In this document: positions 63,189 to 64,000 of the stretch, one piece after another
Layout: each line of letters starts with the position of its first letter
Position numbering within the stretch: position 1 is the stretch's first letter
Virus record (IMG/VR): IMGVR_UViG_3300028845_000328
Direction: 5' to 3' (one strand)
Source of the DNA: a virus
Length of the DNA stretch: 64,000 bases
Position numbers and translations under genes: made by a program
Notes under the pieces: model-generated
Seen by the model: the letters and a program-made list of their open reading frames with translations, nothing else
What the model was told of the DNA's origin: nothing
The model's database searches: none

Positions 63189-63929
63189 CTAATTTCGGTT
63201 CTGCCTGAACGTTCCCTGAATTTCCTCTGATATACTAAGTCCTGGAAACTTTTTCAAGCCCATGGACTCCACCCACTTCTTAATTGTATTCAACTCAAAG
63301 GATACAAAATTAAGCGAGGCCCTTTTATTCAGAATCTCTTTCAAGAAAACTTCGGGATCAGTAACCTGAACAACTATTTTCTTTTTCTGTGAAACCGAAC
63401 CCGTTGAGCTTCGCGTAATTTTATCAATTGCAGGCTCGGCAATTTCTGTAGGAATAGAAAGTGTTTCGAGTTTTTCCTGAAGTTCTTCCGCTTTTTCCTC
63501 TTTACCATTTAAAGCCGCTTTTTCAATTTTCTCTTCGAGTTTTTTTCTTTCGGCTTCTTCTCTGGCTCTACGTTCGTCATCCAGTCGTTTCTGTTCTGCA
63601 ATCCGGATTCGTTCTTGCTCTGTGAGGTATACGGAAATCTTTTTCTTTACGATTTTTTCAGCTTCTTCAATCGGAGAAATCATTTCGTTTTCTCTCGCCA
63701 CGATAGATTTCCATGCCTTGTGAGCGTTGGATTTCATATCTGCCCAAAATACTGTGACCTTATCCCGTTGACGTTTACACTCCAACACAAATTCAGAGGC
63801 GTTTTTCAACGTGTCCTCTGAATCGACAACAATCGACTCAACTGTCTGGGTTGTAAGCTCAATTTCTTGGGATAGCTCGACCTCCTGGTCTATTTCAATC
63901 CCTGCCTCTTCTTTAGTTACCGCACTCAT
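63189..63929 (-). CDS. Conserved phage coiled-coil protein (recombination-region type)
   Basis: GGAGAG SD; VDSEDTLKNASEF...KSNAHKAWK pattern. Confidence 0.65.
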   Translation of the reverse strand: MSAVTKEEAGIEIDQEVELSQEIELTTQTVESIVVDSEDTLKNASEFVLECKRQRDKVTVFWADMKSNAHKAWKSIVARENEMISPIEEAEKIVKKKISVYLTEQERIRIAEQKRLDDERRAREEAERKKLEEKIEKAALNGKEEKAEELQEKLETLSIPTEIAEPAIDKITRSSTGSVSQKKKIVVQVTDPEVFLKEILNKRASLNFVSFELNTIKKWVESMGLKKFPGLSISEEIQGTFRQNRN

Positions 63930-64000
63930 ATTTTTCTCTCCTTAAAATGATTTTAAATACTTTTCAAACTGCTTTTCAATGTGCCACTTGTTGACAAGAT

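Larger units (their letters stand above)
1..64000 (-). mobile_element. Tailed phage or prophage genome segment (contractile-tail myovirus morphology)
   Basis: Contiguous terminase, portal, protease, MCP, sheath, tube, tape measure, baseplate, lysis and replication genes across the window; no host housekeeping genes seen. Confidence 0.95.

Noticed and set aside
63100-63190. tRNA or nut-like RNA (caatca-cgtat-tgattg hairpin)
   Set aside because: No cloverleaf, T-loop or CCA; a single small hairpin is not sufficient evidence
1602-63821. Numerous plus-strand 60-200 aa track ORFs antisense to long minus-strand genes (and minus-strand ORFs within 8111..11454)
   Set aside because: Shadow ORFs without SD or motifs, fully overlapping well-supported genes
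1-64000. Integrase, att sites, tRNA, rRNA, phage DNA/RNA polymerase, sigma factor
   Set aside because: None recognised in this window; they may lie outside it

Overview
The whole window is part of one tailed-phage or prophage genome, about 37-38% GC by eye, with almost all genes on the minus strand. In transcription order (right to left) it holds: a lambdoid-type replication module (initiator with internal iterons plus a DnaC-like loader); a DNA-modification cluster (Dam-like, N4/N6 and C5 methyltransferases, a further DPPY enzyme, a dNTP diphosphohydrolase); terS/terL; a contractile-tail virion module whose MCP, sheath and tube resemble Twort/K/A511-like (Herelleviridae-type) proteins; a lysis cassette (M15 endolysin, holin-like and spanin-like genes); and an XRE/ImmA pair. 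No integrase, DNA polymerase, tRNA or CRISPR array was seen. The spanin-like lipoprotein implies a diderm host; a spirochaete (Leptospiraceae) host is a tentative impression only. Main observations: (1) an apparent capsid-cargo system of three giant polyvalent proteins (LPD3-MTase-SNF2; InPase-like plus Zeta kinase; PBECR3-ParB-PBECR3) that share short tags and F-x-K-[S/A/G] putative maturation sites with the head proteins; (2) a recurrent TTG(CA/AC)-N17-TTTCGTC promoter-like motif before the late operons, mostly 7-10 nt from SD-less start codons; (3) a MuF-like protein apparently split into two genes about 35 kb apart; (4) a C5 methyltransferase split over two overlapping reading frames; (5) an island with three paralogous small genes; (6) a +1/-2 frameshift signature in the tail chaperones; (7) a hydrophobic leader on the MCP. 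All family assignments come from motif recognition by eye, not from database searches.
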